Shown piece by piece: positions 50,784 through 64,000 of a stretch of 64,000 nucleotides of DNA. Each line of letters starts with the position of its first letter. Positions within the stretch are counted from its first letter, which is position 1. This DNA is from Eledone cirrhosa (taxonomy: Eukaryota). The DNA lies in contig OZ024740.1 in assembly GCA_964016885.1 (NCBI GenBank), positions 127,844,001 to 127,908,000 on the forward strand, in the 5' to 3' direction. The position numbers were made by a program, and so were the translations under genes. The notes under the pieces are model-generated. The model did no database searches. It saw only the letters and a list, made by a program, of their open reading frames with translations, and was not told the origin of the DNA.

Positions 50784-52912
50784 TCGTATGAGTGTATTTG
50801 TAGTCTGCGTGTGTACTTGTGTCTGTCCGTGTAGAATAAGTATATATTTTTTGAAAAACAAAATGTTGATATTTTTCAACGAATTTTCATAAAACTTGGC
50901 AAATTCATCCAAATACATTCCGTATAATTCCCGGATAAAACAAATACCCACTTCTAGTCAAATATGCGAGAAAGACGGTGAATTCAAGAAAGCACTAAAA
51001 GTTCTGATGAATGGGAATGGGATAGCTGCAGAGCAGTAAAATACCCTTCTAAGAATAAAATGACAAGATAATACATTGTGCCTTTTGTTCTAAATGGAAC
51101 ATTTATATTTTACCTTTAATTTCTGTTTAATCTTCGTCTACCGCTCACATTCTCTTCCTTCCTAGTGATGTTACTCTCTCTCCCCTCTCTCTCCCCCTTT
51201 CTCTCTTTCTTTCTTTCGCTCTATCTGGCTCACACACATACACATATATATTTATATATATGCATATATATGTATTCTGTTTCTATGTCGATGTGTGTGT
51301 ATGGGAGTGTATGATGTCGCATACTCACATTAGGTTTCTGAGTTTCTAGATTCTCAACCCCAAAATTATAGATAATTTGTGTCAGTGTGCCTTGCATATA
51401 TAAAGAGAAATTTCTTTGACATCAGCCTGTCCAAGCACTGAAAGGCCATAGTAGCGTATATATTATAGACTAAAGCACTGGATTCGTTACTCCGAGATTC
51501 TGATTATACAAACGATTGACAAATAATGTAGCAAATATTTACATAATTTAATGCAGCAATTCAAATACTGTCAAAGTCGATTATCACACTCCTGAGGTCA
51601 GAGAAATAATTTCCAGACGAGAAGATAGGGCGAAAATAATCCGGTGTACACATCCCTCATATTTAAGATATTGCTCCTATGTAAAAAGTCAAGATTAACG
51701 GAGTTAATGAACCCTTATCATAGTTTGAATGTCATTCAATATTGTTGTAAATTACTAGTATAATTGAATACTAGTAGTGATTGTAGAAAACCTAGTTTGT
51801 GAGAGTAGTTTCATTACTGGTTGATTAATTTCCCTTCATTCCTATCATCTATATATTGAAGATAAATAATTTGGTGATCCCCATACCTCTCTTCTGAGAA
51901 GGAAAATGCAGATGTATTAAAAACACCGTAGCTGGACATGCTAAGGAAAATAGAAACTGGGTGATCAGTGAGTAAGAAAATAAAGACTTTGTTTGCAGCA
52001 AAATATATTTAGAATCAGTGTATAAATAATATATTCTGTATCTAAAATCGTCAACACATTAGAACCAGTCTTCATTTAGACTCGACTTCATCACTTTATG
52101 ATCAGAAAATTAAATGGGGTTGGCATGGGATAGACTTCGCATCTATCTAATGGAATTAAAATGCAAGAGGATGAGCGTCTCCCAGATATGGGTACACTTC
52201 ACATAATTCACAAGTAGATTCAGTGCATGAAAAATGTGTGACAAGGCTAACTCTCTAAATTACAGTTATGTTAAATCCGCCGGACCTCTAAATAGTGCTT
52301 TACCCATAAAACTTTGGTCTAACCAATTAAATAACAATTTCCAGAGATGCTAAGCATAAATCCAGGAGACGTGTTCAATGTGAGCTTATACTTATATCGT
52401 TTTCAGTACTATGCCAAAATAAATTTAAATCAAATACCTATACATAAATATTTCTATGAAATGAAAACATTTCAAGCATCTATTTGCCTTCACACGTTAT
52501 ATCCATATGTCTATGGTTAATGTTGTGATGATTTCCCAATCTATCTCCAATTAAATTGAGAGTGCATTACATAAAAAAAACGTAAACAAAAAAAATTAAA
52601 TAAATCATATATATATAAAGGATATTACATGTATCTGCTTGTGTGTATGTAATATTGCGACGTGCATATATCTACATATCTTAAACACAACACAGTCATA
52701 TGGATATATACAAGAAATTTAATAAGGAAGATTGATTATACGCATGCTTGACGGTTGTAGCTATGCCTACCATGGGATTTTTCTATCAAAGACATTCTGA
52801 CAGAGAAGTTAATGTCATTGAAAAATTATTTTTCCGCCTGAATTAATTTATTTTATACATGTCGAAGGGAATGTGTGTAAACGTACATATCTCTATGTCC
52901 AAATAGGCTTAT

Positions 52913-52968
<56 letters not shown>

Positions 52969-52975
52969 GCAAACA

Positions 52976-53452
52976 CAGCATTTCTCGGCGTCGAAGACGC
53001 TACTTTTTTTCTAAAATAAGTCTCAAAAATCTACCATACGTCCTGGAGGCCTAAGGTGGCATTTTTCATTGCCGAGGTTAACTTTGCCATTCATCCATAC
53101 AGAGGTCGATAAAATAAAGTACCAGTAATGTACTGGGTAATTGCTGGCCTTGTGCCAAACGTAGAAACATTTATTTCTTTTTAGGGTGGTGGATTGGCAA
53201 TATCGGTAGTGGGTCGGACGCCGTGCATCCCAGCATAGTTACGTCCCTTTACGATCTGAGTTCAAATCCCGCCGAGGTTGACTTTGCCTTTCATCCTTAC
53301 GTGGTCGATAAAATAAAGTACCAGTAATGCACTGGGTAATTGCTGGCCTTGTGCCTAAAGTAGAAACAATTATTTCTTTTTTTCAAATTTCTGATTTTCA
53401 AAATCAGGGTGCGTCCTCGAGGACGAAGCGTCTTCGGCACCGGAGAATACGG
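52976..53452. mobile_element. Tc2/pogo-like MITE with two nested SINEs
   Basis: Imperfect TIRs cagcatttctcggcgtcgaagacgc / gcgtcttcggcaccggagaatacgg; SINEs at ~53071-53172 and ~53182-53372. Confidence 0.6.
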
Positions 53453-53599
53453 AATATATGGAACCTTTTTATATATATTGAGAGAGGTAGTCATAGTAGT
53501 AGTAGTAGATGTAGCGCTGGTAGTTGTGTGTGTATATATATATATAAATATATATCTGTATGTGGTTGAGTGTTAAGAGAAAAGAGTACTAATGAAATG

Positions 53600-53790
53600 A
53601 ATATATATATACATATATATATATAACACAAACATAAGACGGTGTAGGAATAACAAAGGAGGGACAAAAAATAAAAAAAACCTAATAACTGAGGAGGTGT
53701 TAGAATGTGTGACGAAAAACTTTGAGAATTTATAAACAACCTTCCGGTTATCGAAACAACCAACCAACCGGTTTAGATAAGATATCTTGC
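53600..53790 (+). mobile_element. Diverged pseudo-LTR fragment of the 13.7-15.5 kb PLE family with decayed HHR
   Basis: aacaaaggaggg..CTGAGGA ggtgttagaatgtgtgac GAAA aacttt..caacc.tccggtta..aaccaaccgg matches 15250-15415. Confidence 0.7.
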
Positions 53791-53994
53791 AAAACAAATT
53801 AAAAAACGAAGTATATATATATATATATATATATATGCAAATAGAATAAAGATGTGTGTGTATGAAAAATAACATTTTGGTTTCATGAATAAAAATATGT
53901 CTATGTCCTTTAGAGAGTATCATCTAGAAGCATTTGATGAATTTAAATGTGTTTGTGTATATTGACCCACATGTAGTTTATAGAAGTGTAAATA

Positions 53995-54440
53995 TAAAGA
54001 TATTGAAGCTGTTGCAGCGTGTGACGCTGGCCGTTGTCCGCGGAAATGCTTTTGCGGTCTTGTGCATGTGGAACAGCGCAAACACCGACGCGTCCTGGGC
54101 CCATAGCCCTTCCAACATCCCTTCCTCTCCCCATTCTTCTGCGGCATTAGAACCCTACCCTTTCCCTCCCTTTTCCGGTTTTTAAATTTTCCTATTTTAT
54201 ATTCCATTCTTTCTTCTCAATCTATTTTAGGTAAACATTAATTCTTAATCTTTATCTCTTTCTCAATTCCATTCTCTCACTCTCTATTTTTCTTTGAAAT
54301 AAATCTGCTGTATAGAGAGATGAACTCCACCAGGTTTAAATTAATACCCTAGAGATCCCGTATGTCAATTACGGCATCCCGACACTCTCGTGGGATTTAC
54401 AGGATCATCTATCTATCCATGCATGCATACATACATAATC
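53995..54440 (+). mobile_element. 3' end of CRE-like RLE retrotransposon
   Basis: LLQRVTLAVVRGNAFAVL resembles the CRE C-terminal QR..AVQRGNA motif; UTR is similar to 23815-23935; ends in CATA repeats. Confidence 0.55.
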
Positions 54441-54454
54441 GACATAACCACCAT

Positions 54455-54487
<33 letters not shown>

Positions 54488-55187
54488 AATCACCATCATC
54501 ATCATCATCATCATCACCATCATCGTCATCATCATCATCAACATCATGTTAATAATGATATATTTAGGACTTCCGAATGCTGCTAGAAATGAACATATGG
54601 ATACACACATTTTAAATAGAAATGCAGATTAATTGAAGGACACGAATATAAGAACTGAAAGGTCGGCAAATAAGAATGGTTGGTGTATAATTCAAGTTAA
54701 AGTAAAACATATATATATAAACAAAGCTACAGTGAAGAATAACTGAAAGAAATGAGAGATATCGAGTTGTGGGGTATACAATGTTGAAAGATAAACTAAA
54801 GTCGAACTGAAAGAAAGGAAAAGGGGAAATAAGAGAAAAAGGAAATACAAAAAAGAAAATTAGGGGATGAGATGTGTTTGCCTAATTAAAACGACAGAAT
54901 TAGAGTAGTACAATACACAGAGCAGCCGAAGAGGAGAAGCGAAATACAGCTACATACATTAGCTACATACAGCTACAGAAATAATGAGGAGATGGAGTAG
55001 AAATGAATGATATCTAGGAAGAGTTGCTTAAAGGATTTCAGAAGGGAAGATAAAATGGTTAATGTATTCCGCTCCCAGAGAACTACAAAACGACTACGCG
55101 TGTTCTGTGGAACGCTCGCCACATACACCTGTATGTATATATTTATATGTGTATGTACACGTATGTGTGTATGTATGTGTGTATACG

Positions 55188-55237
<50 letters not shown>

Positions 55238-55379
55238 CCTAAGCGTTCCCTTATGTACGGGGCCTGAGCGTTCCCTTATGTACGGGCTTGATTCTTATAG
55301 CAATACTTTAATGTTCCCATCGTCATTCACTTTTACTACTATTATTAATAACTTCTGTCATTTTCGTTTAATAGTTTTA

Positions 55380-55712
55380 TTTACATTATTCTAAAACTCC
55401 GGAGTTACAAATCATTCGGTTATTCTAAATAAGATATTAATCTAAGGATTTCTTTTATAGCATACATTTGTTTTTGTCTTTGTAAGGAATTTGTTCTTCT
55501 CGCTTCAAATACCGACGTAATTATCCTAGCATTTATTGTCCATCGCCAGAGAACGTCTTCACGAACTAACGTATCGTCTTTCTGTTTTCCTTCGGTTGTA
55601 ACGTTTTTTGAAATATTTACTTCTGCATCCACAAATTGATTTTTTGCAGATTTAGAAGATCAAGAAAAAGGTGAATGCAGCGATTCTTAACTTAATTTTA
55701 ATCTGTTCTTAT
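55380..55712 (+). mobile_element. Diverged copy of the CAGAAGA-HHR non-coding family
   Basis: Similar to 9895-10365 (aatcattcggtt..ttttttgaaatatt.acttctgc..gcagcgattctt); HHR decayed. Confidence 0.7.
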
Positions 55713-55925
55713 AATAAAAATAATATTTTCTGTATTAACCACAAGCGTTGACATAAAGTATAACATTAACGACAGAACATAACGGTACAGGACGGTACAA
55801 ATTAGGCATTTCTGCATGTAAAAAAAAACAGAGGAAATGACAAAAAATGAAACCAATGAAAATTCCCCAGATATGGAGGAAACTTCTGAGAGACACGCGT
55901 TGAGGAAGCCACATGGGCTAACATA
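55713..55925 (-). mobile_element. 3'-end fragment of Tx1-like family
   Basis: attaaccacaag..acataaagta..acaggacggtacaaat..ggcatttctgc matches 29945-30110. Confidence 0.8.
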
Positions 55926-55931
55926 ATGATG

Positions 55932-56028
<97 letters not shown>

Positions 56029-56030
<2 letters not shown>

Positions 56031-58126
56031 GTTGACAAAAGGTACCACAGTTCTGATAATGAAAGACCGAATCAAGGGTAATGATGCTACCAACTATAGA
56101 CCTATCACATGTCTGCCCGTAATGTGGAAACTGTTGACGAGCATTGTGTCTGAGGAAATCTACCATCACCTCCACACAAACAACTTGTTACCGGACGAAC
56201 AGAAAGGATGCCGAAAGAAGTCACGTGGTACAAAGGACCAGTTGCTTATTGATAAGATGGTAATGGGGAATTGCAGGAGGAGACACACTGATTTTGCCAT
56301 GGGATGGATAGACTACAGAAAGGCATTTGACATGGTGCCTCATTCCTGGATCACCAAAAGCCTGCAGATCTTCAGGGTGGCGGATAACATCAGACAGTTG
56401 CTAGGCAGGAGTATGGGGTCCTGGGAGACAGAGTTGACATCAACTGGAGTATCCTTGGGAAGCGTGAAGATCAAGAGAGGTATCTTCCAGGGAGATAGCC
56501 TGTCCCCTCTGTTGTTTGTCCTTGCCCTGATGCCCTTGACCATTATGCTGCGAAAAGTGAGAGCAGGATACAAGTTGGGAAGGGGAGAGCTTACCATCAA
56601 TCACCTCCTCTTCATGGACGATCTTAAGCTCTTCGGGAAAAGTGAGAAGGAGTTGGATGTGCTTGTTGACACTGTCCGTATTTTCAGCAGTGATATATGT
56701 ATGCAGTTTGGTATTGGTAAATGTGGAGTCATTGTGATGAAGAGGGGTAGGTTGAGCAGAAGTAACGGGATCCAGATACCAACAGGTGAGATGATAAAGG
56801 AAATTGACTCTGAGGAAGGATACAAGTATTTGGGCGTTCTGGAGGCTGATGGCATAAAGAACAAAAAAATGAAGGAATTGTTAAGAACTGAATACATTCG
56901 GAGAGTAAGGAGCGTATTGAAGTCACATCTGAACAGCAGAAATGCCATAAGCGCAGTAAATTCCCGAGCTGTGTCTATTATTAGGTACAGTGCGGGAATT
57001 CTGAGATGGAATGTTGCTGAACAGAAAGAAATGGATAGGAAGACTAGGAAGCTATTGACTATCTACAACATGTTCCACAAGAGGAGTGATGTCGATAGAC
57101 TCTACCTAAGGAGATCTGAGGGTGGAAGAGGTCTTATCAGCATAGAGGACTGTGTTCAGATGGAGAAAAACAACCTATACAAATACGTGACCTATAGTAA
57201 GGAGCCAATGCTCAGAGCTGTACTGAAGGAGGGGACAGTAGGCCAGGGGATGTCCAGGGAGGAAATAACATCAAGGAGGAAGAGCAGCCTTAAGGGAAAA
57301 CCCCTTCATAGTACCTTCTTTGAGAAAACTGAATTTAGAGATCCACAGACATGGAACTGGTTGAGAAGAGGAGACCTCAAAAAGGCTACAGAAGGAATGC
57401 TAATGGCTGCGCAGGAGCAGGCCCTCAAAACGAAGTGGTTGAAGCACCATATCTACAAGGAGGAGGCCAGCCCACTGTGCAGGATCTGTGGAGAGAGAGA
57501 GGAGACTGTGGCTCACATTGTGTCCGAGTGTAAACACCTAGCCCAGACCCACTATAAGGGCTGGAGACACGATGTGATGGGCAGGGTGATCCACTGGCAC
57601 CTGTGCAAAGTAAACAATCTACCACATTCTGAGAAATGGTATGAGCATAGGCCAGAGGCGGTGATGGAGAACAATCAGGTGAAGGTGCTGTGGGATTTTA
57701 GGATACAGACGGACAAAAAACTGGAACACAATAGACCTGACCTGGTGGTTGTGGACAAAGAAAAAAGATCGTGCCTGATTGTGGATGTGGCCTGCCCGTT
57801 CGACACGAGAGTGCAAGAGAAGGAGAGGGAGAAAATTAACCGATACCAGGACCTAAAGTGGGAGGTGAAAAGGATTTGGAACTGCCATGAAGTCAAAGTG
57901 ATCCCGATTGTCATAGGCGCACTGGGGACTATCTCCAAAAGTTTCCAGGGATGGTTAAAGAAAATCGGCCCCTTCACGCTTTTTGGAACGCTTCAAAAGG
58001 CATGCTTGCTTGGAACAGCAAGAACCCTCCGATACGTCCTGAATATCTGAGGCTGCAGGTAGTGGCTTGATATTCAATCCAACGGACTTTCCAGTTAACC
58101 AACATCAATGACTGAGATTCAAGGAA
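56029..58126 (+). mobile_element. 5'-truncated R4/Dong-like retrotransposon
   Basis: (TAA)n flanks; near-identical to 39953-42017. Confidence 0.95.
56032..58050 (+). CDS. RT + RLE ORF (5'-truncated, uninterrupted)
   Basis: Same motifs as 40029-41957; the listed start is a truncation point, not a true start. Confidence 0.9.
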   Translation: MTKGTTVLIMKDRIKGNDATNYRPITCLPVMWKLLTSIVSEEIYHHLHTNNLLPDEQKGCRKKSRGTKDQLLIDKMVMGNCRRRHTDFAMGWIDYRKAFDMVPHSWITKSLQIFRVADNIRQLLGRSMGSWETELTSTGVSLGSVKIKRGIFQGDSLSPLLFVLALMPLTIMLRKVRAGYKLGRGELTINHLLFMDDLKLFGKSEKELDVLVDTVRIFSSDICMQFGIGKCGVIVMKRGRLSRSNGIQIPTGEMIKEIDSEEGYKYLGVLEADGIKNKKMKELLRTEYIRRVRSVLKSHLNSRNAISAVNSRAVSIIRYSAGILRWNVAEQKEMDRKTRKLLTIYNMFHKRSDVDRLYLRRSEGGRGLISIEDCVQMEKNNLYKYVTYSKEPMLRAVLKEGTVGQGMSREEITSRRKSSLKGKPLHSTFFEKTEFRDPQTWNWLRRGDLKKATEGMLMAAQEQALKTKWLKHHIYKEEASPLCRICGEREETVAHIVSECKHLAQTHYKGWRHDVMGRVIHWHLCKVNNLPHSEKWYEHRPEAVMENNQVKVLWDFRIQTDKKLEHNRPDLVVVDKEKRSCLIVDVACPFDTRVQEKEREKINRYQDLKWEVKRIWNCHEVKVIPIVIGALGTISKSFQGWLKKIGPFTLFGTLQKACLLGTARTLRYVLNI

Positions 58127-58160
58127 TAACAATAACAATAATAATAATAATAATAATAAT

Positions 58161-61100
58161 AATACTGCTGATGTTGGAGCAAGAGGAAGAAGGAAAGGGG
58201 CCAGAACCAACTGGACGAAAGAATTGAATAGAACTGTTATGCAATGCTACCTGAAAAGTAACCCCAAGGAGAGGGGCTACAGGAGACGGATGCATAACAT
58301 CTGGAACGAGATTGGTTTATTTAAATTAGATGAACAAAAATTGGCCGGGCAGGCTCGGGTAATAAGAACTAATGGGTGGATAAGCGAGCTGGAACTGGAG
58401 GAACTGAGCAGAGAGAATGGCTTGGAGATGGCGGGTGTAGTATGCCAGACAAGCGAGCCGGTGGGAAATGAAGGTGAGGAGGTCCTGAGAACGGAGGAAC
58501 CACCCGAAGCAGACAATGATCTGAATACTGAGATAAATAATACCTGGAACAGAGATACGGCCACTGAGGAGATGAATGCTGACGGGCTAGGACAAGATTC
58601 GGTTGACATCCTAAATCTAGTGGTAGATGAATTGAACAATAATAGTGGGAGACCTATGAACCTAAGATTTGTAGACGGGAAAAAGTTAAAAGAAACAACA
58701 GCTAAGGTAAACAAAGTCATCCCATACCTTGAGGCGAGGAGTCTTCACCAGTGCAACAATATCCTCAAAGCAACAGCAAATACGGTGAGGAAACTACTCG
58801 GTATAAAAGCGAGAGGAAACAACAGACAAGAAAGAGCAGAGCCGTGGTGGAAGAAGCGACTGAGTGGGCAAATCGGGGAAATGAGAAATGACATAGGAAA
58901 GCTTGAGTCACTACTGAATGGGACACTAAAAAACATAGGCACTAAAAATAGACTGGAAATAAAATACAAAACTAGGAGTAAAAAGCTAAATATTATCATA
59001 GAGGAATTGAAGCAACGCATTGTAGCAAAGAGTGCCAAAATCAGGCGATACGAGAACAGAGTCAGTCAGTATAAACAGAACCGCATGTTCGACAACAAAC
59101 AGAAGATGCTGTTTGGACAGCTTGAGGGGAAAGAAAGAGGCAACGACTTGATCCCTGGGGCGGAACAAGCTAAAACATTCTGGAGAGGAATATGGGAGCA
59201 GGATGTTAGACACAATGCCCAGGCAGGGTGGATTGAGACAGTACAGAGGGAGATCGGTGAGAAGGCACAACAACAGACTGATTTGAGTATCACAGTTGAA
59301 ACTCTTAAGGGGCAAGCCAAAAAACTAACCAACTGGAAATCACCAGGCCCAGATGGTGTGCAGGGGTATTGGATTAAACATTTAACATCCCTCCACCCGA
59401 AGCTGACGGCCATGTTCAATGACTGCTTGGTGTCGGGTGAGGTGCCAGAGTGGTTGACAAAAGGTACCACAGTTCTGATAATGAAAGACAGAATCAAGGG
59501 TAATGATGTTACCAACTATAGACCTATCACATGTCTGCCTGTAATGTGGAAACTGTTGACGAGCATTGTGTCTGAGGAAATCTACCATCACCTCCACACA
59601 AGCAACTTGTTACCGGACGAACAGAAAGGATGCCGAAAGAAGTCACGTGGTACAAAGGACCAGTTGCTTATTGATAAGATGGTAATGGGGAATTACAGGA
59701 GGAGACACACTGATCTTGCCATGGGATGGATAGACTACAGAAAGGCATTTGACATGGTGCCTCATTCCTGGATCACCAAAAGCCTGGAGGTCTTCAGGGT
59801 GGCAGATAACATCAGACAGTTGCTGGGCAGGAGTATGGGGTCCTGGGAGACAGAGTTGACATCAACTGGAGTATCCTTGGGAAGCGTGAAGATCAAGAGA
59901 GGTATCTTCCAGGGAGATAGCCTGTCCCCTCTGTTGTTTGTCCTTGCCCTGATGCCCTTGACCATTATGCTGCGAAAAGTGAGAGCAGGATACAAGTTGG
60001 GAAGGGGAGAGCTTACCATCAATCACCTCCTCTTCATGGACGATCTTAAGCTCTTCGGGAAAAGTGAGAAGGAGTTGGATGTGCTTGTTGACACTGTCCG
60101 TATTTTCAGCAGTGATATATGTATGCAGTTTGGTATTGGTAAATGTGGAGTCATTGTGATGAAGAGGGGTAGGTTGAGCAGAAGTACGGGATCCAGATAC
60201 CAACAGGTGAGATGATAAAGGAAATTGACTCTGAGGAAGGATACAAGTATTTGGGCGTTCTGGAGGCTGATGGCATAAAGAACAAAAAAATGAAGGAATT
60301 GTTAAGAACTGAATACATTCGGAGAGTAAGGAGCGTATTGAAGTCACATCTGAACAGCAGAAATGCCATAAGCGCAGTAAATTCTCGAGCTGTGTCTATT
60401 ATTAGGTACAGTGCGGGAATTCTGAGATGGAATGTTGCTGAACAAAAAGAAATGGATAGGAAGACTAGGAAGCTATTGACCATCTACAACATGTTCCACA
60501 AGAGGAGTGATGTCGATAGACTCTACCTAAGGAGATCTGAGGGTGGAAGAGGTCTTATCAGCATAGAGGACTGTGTTCAGATGGAGAAAAACAACCTATA
60601 CAAATACGTGACCTATAGTAAGGAGCCAATGCTCAGAGCTGTACTGAAGGAGGGGACAGTAGGCCAGGGGATGTCCAAGGAGGAAATAACATCAAGGAGG
60701 AAGAGCAGCCTTAAGGGAAATTCCCTTCATAGTACCTTCTTTGAGAAAACTGAATTTAGAGATCCACAGACATGGAACTGGTTGAGAAGAGGAGACCTCA
60801 AAAAGGCTACAGAAGGAATGATAATGGCTGCGCAGGAGCAGGCCCTCAAAATGAAGTGGTTGAAGCACCATATCTACAAGGAGGAGGCTAGCCCACTGTG
60901 CAGGATCTGTGGAGAGAGAGAGGAGACTGTGGCTCACATTGTGTCCGAGTGTAAACACCTAGCCCAGACCCACTATAAGGGCTGGAGACACGATGTGATG
61001 GGCAGGGTGATCCACTGGCACCTGTGCAAAGTAAACAATCTACCACATTCTGAGAAATGGTATGAGCATAGGCCAGAGGCGGTGATGGAGAACAGTCAGG

Positions 61101-61547
61101 TGAAGGTGCTGTGGGATTTTAGGATACAGACGGACAAAAAACTGGAACACAATAGACCTGACCTGGTGGTTATGGACAAAGAAAAAAGATCGTGCCTGAT
61201 TGTGGATGTGGCCTGCCCGTTCGACACGAGAGTGCAAGAGAAGGAGAGGGAGAAAATTAACCGATACCAGGACCTAAAGTGGGAGGTGAAAAGGATTTGG
61301 AACTGCCATGAAGTCAAAGTGATCTCGATTGTCATAGGCGCACTGGGGACTATCTCCAAAGGTTTCCAGGGATGGTTAAAGAAAATCGGCCCCTTCACGC
61401 TTTTTGGAACGCTTCAAAAGGCATGCTTGCTTGGAACAGCAAGAACCCTCCGATACGTCCTGAATATCTGAGGCTGCAGGTAGTGGCTTGATATTCAATC
61501 CAACGGACTTTCCAGTTAACCAACATCAATGTCTGAGATTCAAGCAA
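58161..61547 (+). mobile_element. Nearly full-ORF R4/Dong-like copy with one frameshift
   Basis: ORFs 58224-60215 and 60212-61471 are split by a 1-nt deletion near 60185 (agtacggg vs agtaacggg). Confidence 0.95.
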
Positions 61548-61575
61548 TAACAATAACAATCATAATAATAATAAT

Positions 61576-64000
61576 AATCGCTCCCGTAAGTTTTGAATTT
61601 TTAACATATTTAAATCATTTGTGAAATAACAACTCTTAGTACAAATGCTACGTAAAGCACCCGGCTTGAGCCCCAAAAAATTCGGACCCAAAACATATTG
61701 TTATAAGGCTCAAATATTCAAATATTCAACTTTGTATTGTACACTGTATATCCAAAAAAGAAAATGGCTATAAATGGAAGAAGAACCCCCCCCCCCTCCT
61801 CTCCTCTGTCTACACTATATAGAACAGCCAAACTCACCAACACCAGAAACTAGATACACCACCCACCCCATCACCTGTGTACACTAAACACAACAGCCAG
61901 ATAACGGCATTTTCACCACCACCGCTCACTACGGCCATCATTACCACCATTATCCCATCACCGCCGCCACCACCCCTTCACTCCTTCACTGCTACCACCG
62001 CTACAGCACCATCACTACAGTAATACGGTCACATCACCGCCACCACTGCCTCGCTATCGACATCACCACCACCACTGTCTCAGTATCGCTACCGCCGCCA
62101 GTCTCCCACTTCTACTAGCTGGCTGCTGCCACCACATTATAGAATCCCTACTGCTAAAAAAGAGGAAGGCATCAAAATATATAGATAGACTCAAAAGAAA
62201 AAAGAAAAAACAAACAACAAAACCAAAGCAGCACAGCAACAACAGCAAAAAACGAGAAAAACAAACAGAGAAAAACAAAAACAAAAAAAACCTCCAAAAA
62301 ACGTAAAGAAAATAAGAATGAAGAGAGAAGCAGGCGGACGAACAGAGAAGAGGGGGAAAAACTAAAACTTAAAAAACAAAAACTAAGTCAGACATTCGAA
62401 CACTACATTACAATGAAACTTATGCTTATTCATTTTTGGGGCCCTTTCTGCCTGTGTGTTTGTTTGTTTATGTGTGTTCGTATACAGCGTGGTGATAATG
62501 CCACTCAAGGGCCAAGTGGAATGGCGGATCCACAGATGGCTATGTAACCATACATTCGCCAATCCTCGATAAGAGTGTTTAAATATCGAACATAAACAGT
62601 TCGAATAACGGTGAAATGGAGACTAGAACGTCATGTGACAGAGTCTCACCCAACAGGTGCCCCCTGGCTCAGCAGCAGGAACCTGATTGTCAACCAAATA
62701 CTGCTGATGTTGGAGGAAGGAGAAGAAGGAAAGGGGCCAGAACTAACTGGACGAAAGAATTGAATAGAACTGTTATGCAATGTTACCTGAAAAGTAACCC
62801 CAAGGAGAGGGGCTACAGGAGACGGATGCATAACATCTGGAACGAGATTGGTTTATTTAAATTAGATGAACAAAAATTGGCCGGGCAGGCTCGGGTAATA
62901 AGAACTAATGGGTGGATAAGCGAGCTGGAACTGGAGGAACTGAGCAGAGAGAATGGCTTGGAGATGGCGGGTGTAGTATGCCAGACAAGCGAGCCAGTGG
63001 GAAATGAAGGTGAAGAGGTCCTGAGAACGGAGGAACCACCCGAAGCAGACAATGATCTGAATACTGAGATAAATAATACCTGGAACAGAGATACGGCCAC
63101 TGAGGAGATGAATGCTGACGGGCTAGGACAAGATTCGGTGACATCCTAAATTTAGTGGTAGATGAATTGAACAATGATAGTGGGAGACCTATGAACCTAA
63201 GATTTGTAGACAGGAAAAAGTTAAAAGAAACAACAGCTAAGGTAAACAAAGTCATCCCATACCTTGAGGCGAGGAGCCTTCACCAGTGCAACAATATCCT
63301 CAAAGCAACAGCAAATACGGTGAGGAAACTACTCGGTATAAAAGCGAGAGGAAACAACAGACAAGAAAGAGCAGAGCCATGGTGGAAGAAGCGACTGAGT
63401 GGGCAAATCGGGGAAATGAGAAATGACATAGGAAAGCTTGAGTCACTACTGAATGGGACACTAAAAAACAAAGGCACTAAAAATAGACTGGAAATAAAAT
63501 ACAAAACTAGGAGAAAAAAGCTAAATATTATCATAGAGGAACTGAAGCAACGCATTGTAGCAAAGAGTGCAAAAATCAGGCGATACGAGAACAGAGTCAG
63601 TCAGTATAAACAGAACAGCATGTTCGACAACAACCAGAAGATGCTGTTTGGACAGCTTGAGGGGAAAGAAAGAGGCAACGACTTGATCCCTGGGGCGGAG
63701 CAAACTAAAACATTCTGGAGAGGAATATGGGAGCAGGATGTTAGACATAATGTCCAGGCAGAGTGGATTGAGACAGTACAGAGGGAGATCGGTGAGCAGG
63801 CACAGCAACAGACTGATTTGAGTATCACAGTTGAAACTCTTAAGGGGCAGGCCAAAAAACTAACCAACTGGAAATCACCAGGCCCAGATGGTGTGCAGGG
63901 GTATTGGATTAAACATTTAACATCCCTCCACCCGAAGCTGACGGCCATGTTCAATGACTGCTTGGTGTCGGGTGAGGTGCCAGAGTGGTTGACAAAAGGT
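61576..64000 (+). mobile_element. Near full-length R4/Dong-like copy (~1-kb 5'UTR plus ORF start), runs off the window
   Basis: 5'UTR homologous to 35140+; ORF from ~62616, 1-nt frameshift near 63139 (cggtgac vs cggttgac). Confidence 0.93.

Noticed and set aside
62545-62620. HDV-like ribozyme before the Dong ORF (tcctcga loop, tcgaac..gttcga hairpin)
   Set aside because: P3 and the catalytic J4/2 are not supported, and part of it is probably coding sequence

Overview
AT-rich, microsatellite-laden animal DNA, almost entirely retroelement-derived. The SINE type and repeat landscape suggest an octopus or other cephalopod (inference). No host gene is confidently recognisable. Contents: (1) several Penelope-like elements (PLEs) in (TA)n tracts, including a Naiad-like element with an intact RT + GIY-YIG ORF (5567-7741); (2) young R4/Dong-like RT + RLE retrotransposons in head-to-tail arrays within (TAA)n tracts (39.7-42.4 kb minus, 56-64 kb plus); (3) a near full-length decayed Tx1/L1-type element (29.9-35.1 kb); (4) old CR1-, RTE- and CRE-like fragments, tRNA-derived SINEs and a MITE. 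The main signal missing from the ORF track is a set of at least five distinct type I hammerhead ribozyme (HHR) motif families read by eye from PLE termini. These include covariant U3-A8 cores with very long helix II, a CAGAAGA (U4A) core, and a non-coding 593-nt HHR-to-HHR unit that looks like a retrozyme or circular-RNA-forming parasite. All ribozyme calls come from manual base-pairing; none has been tested for activity.
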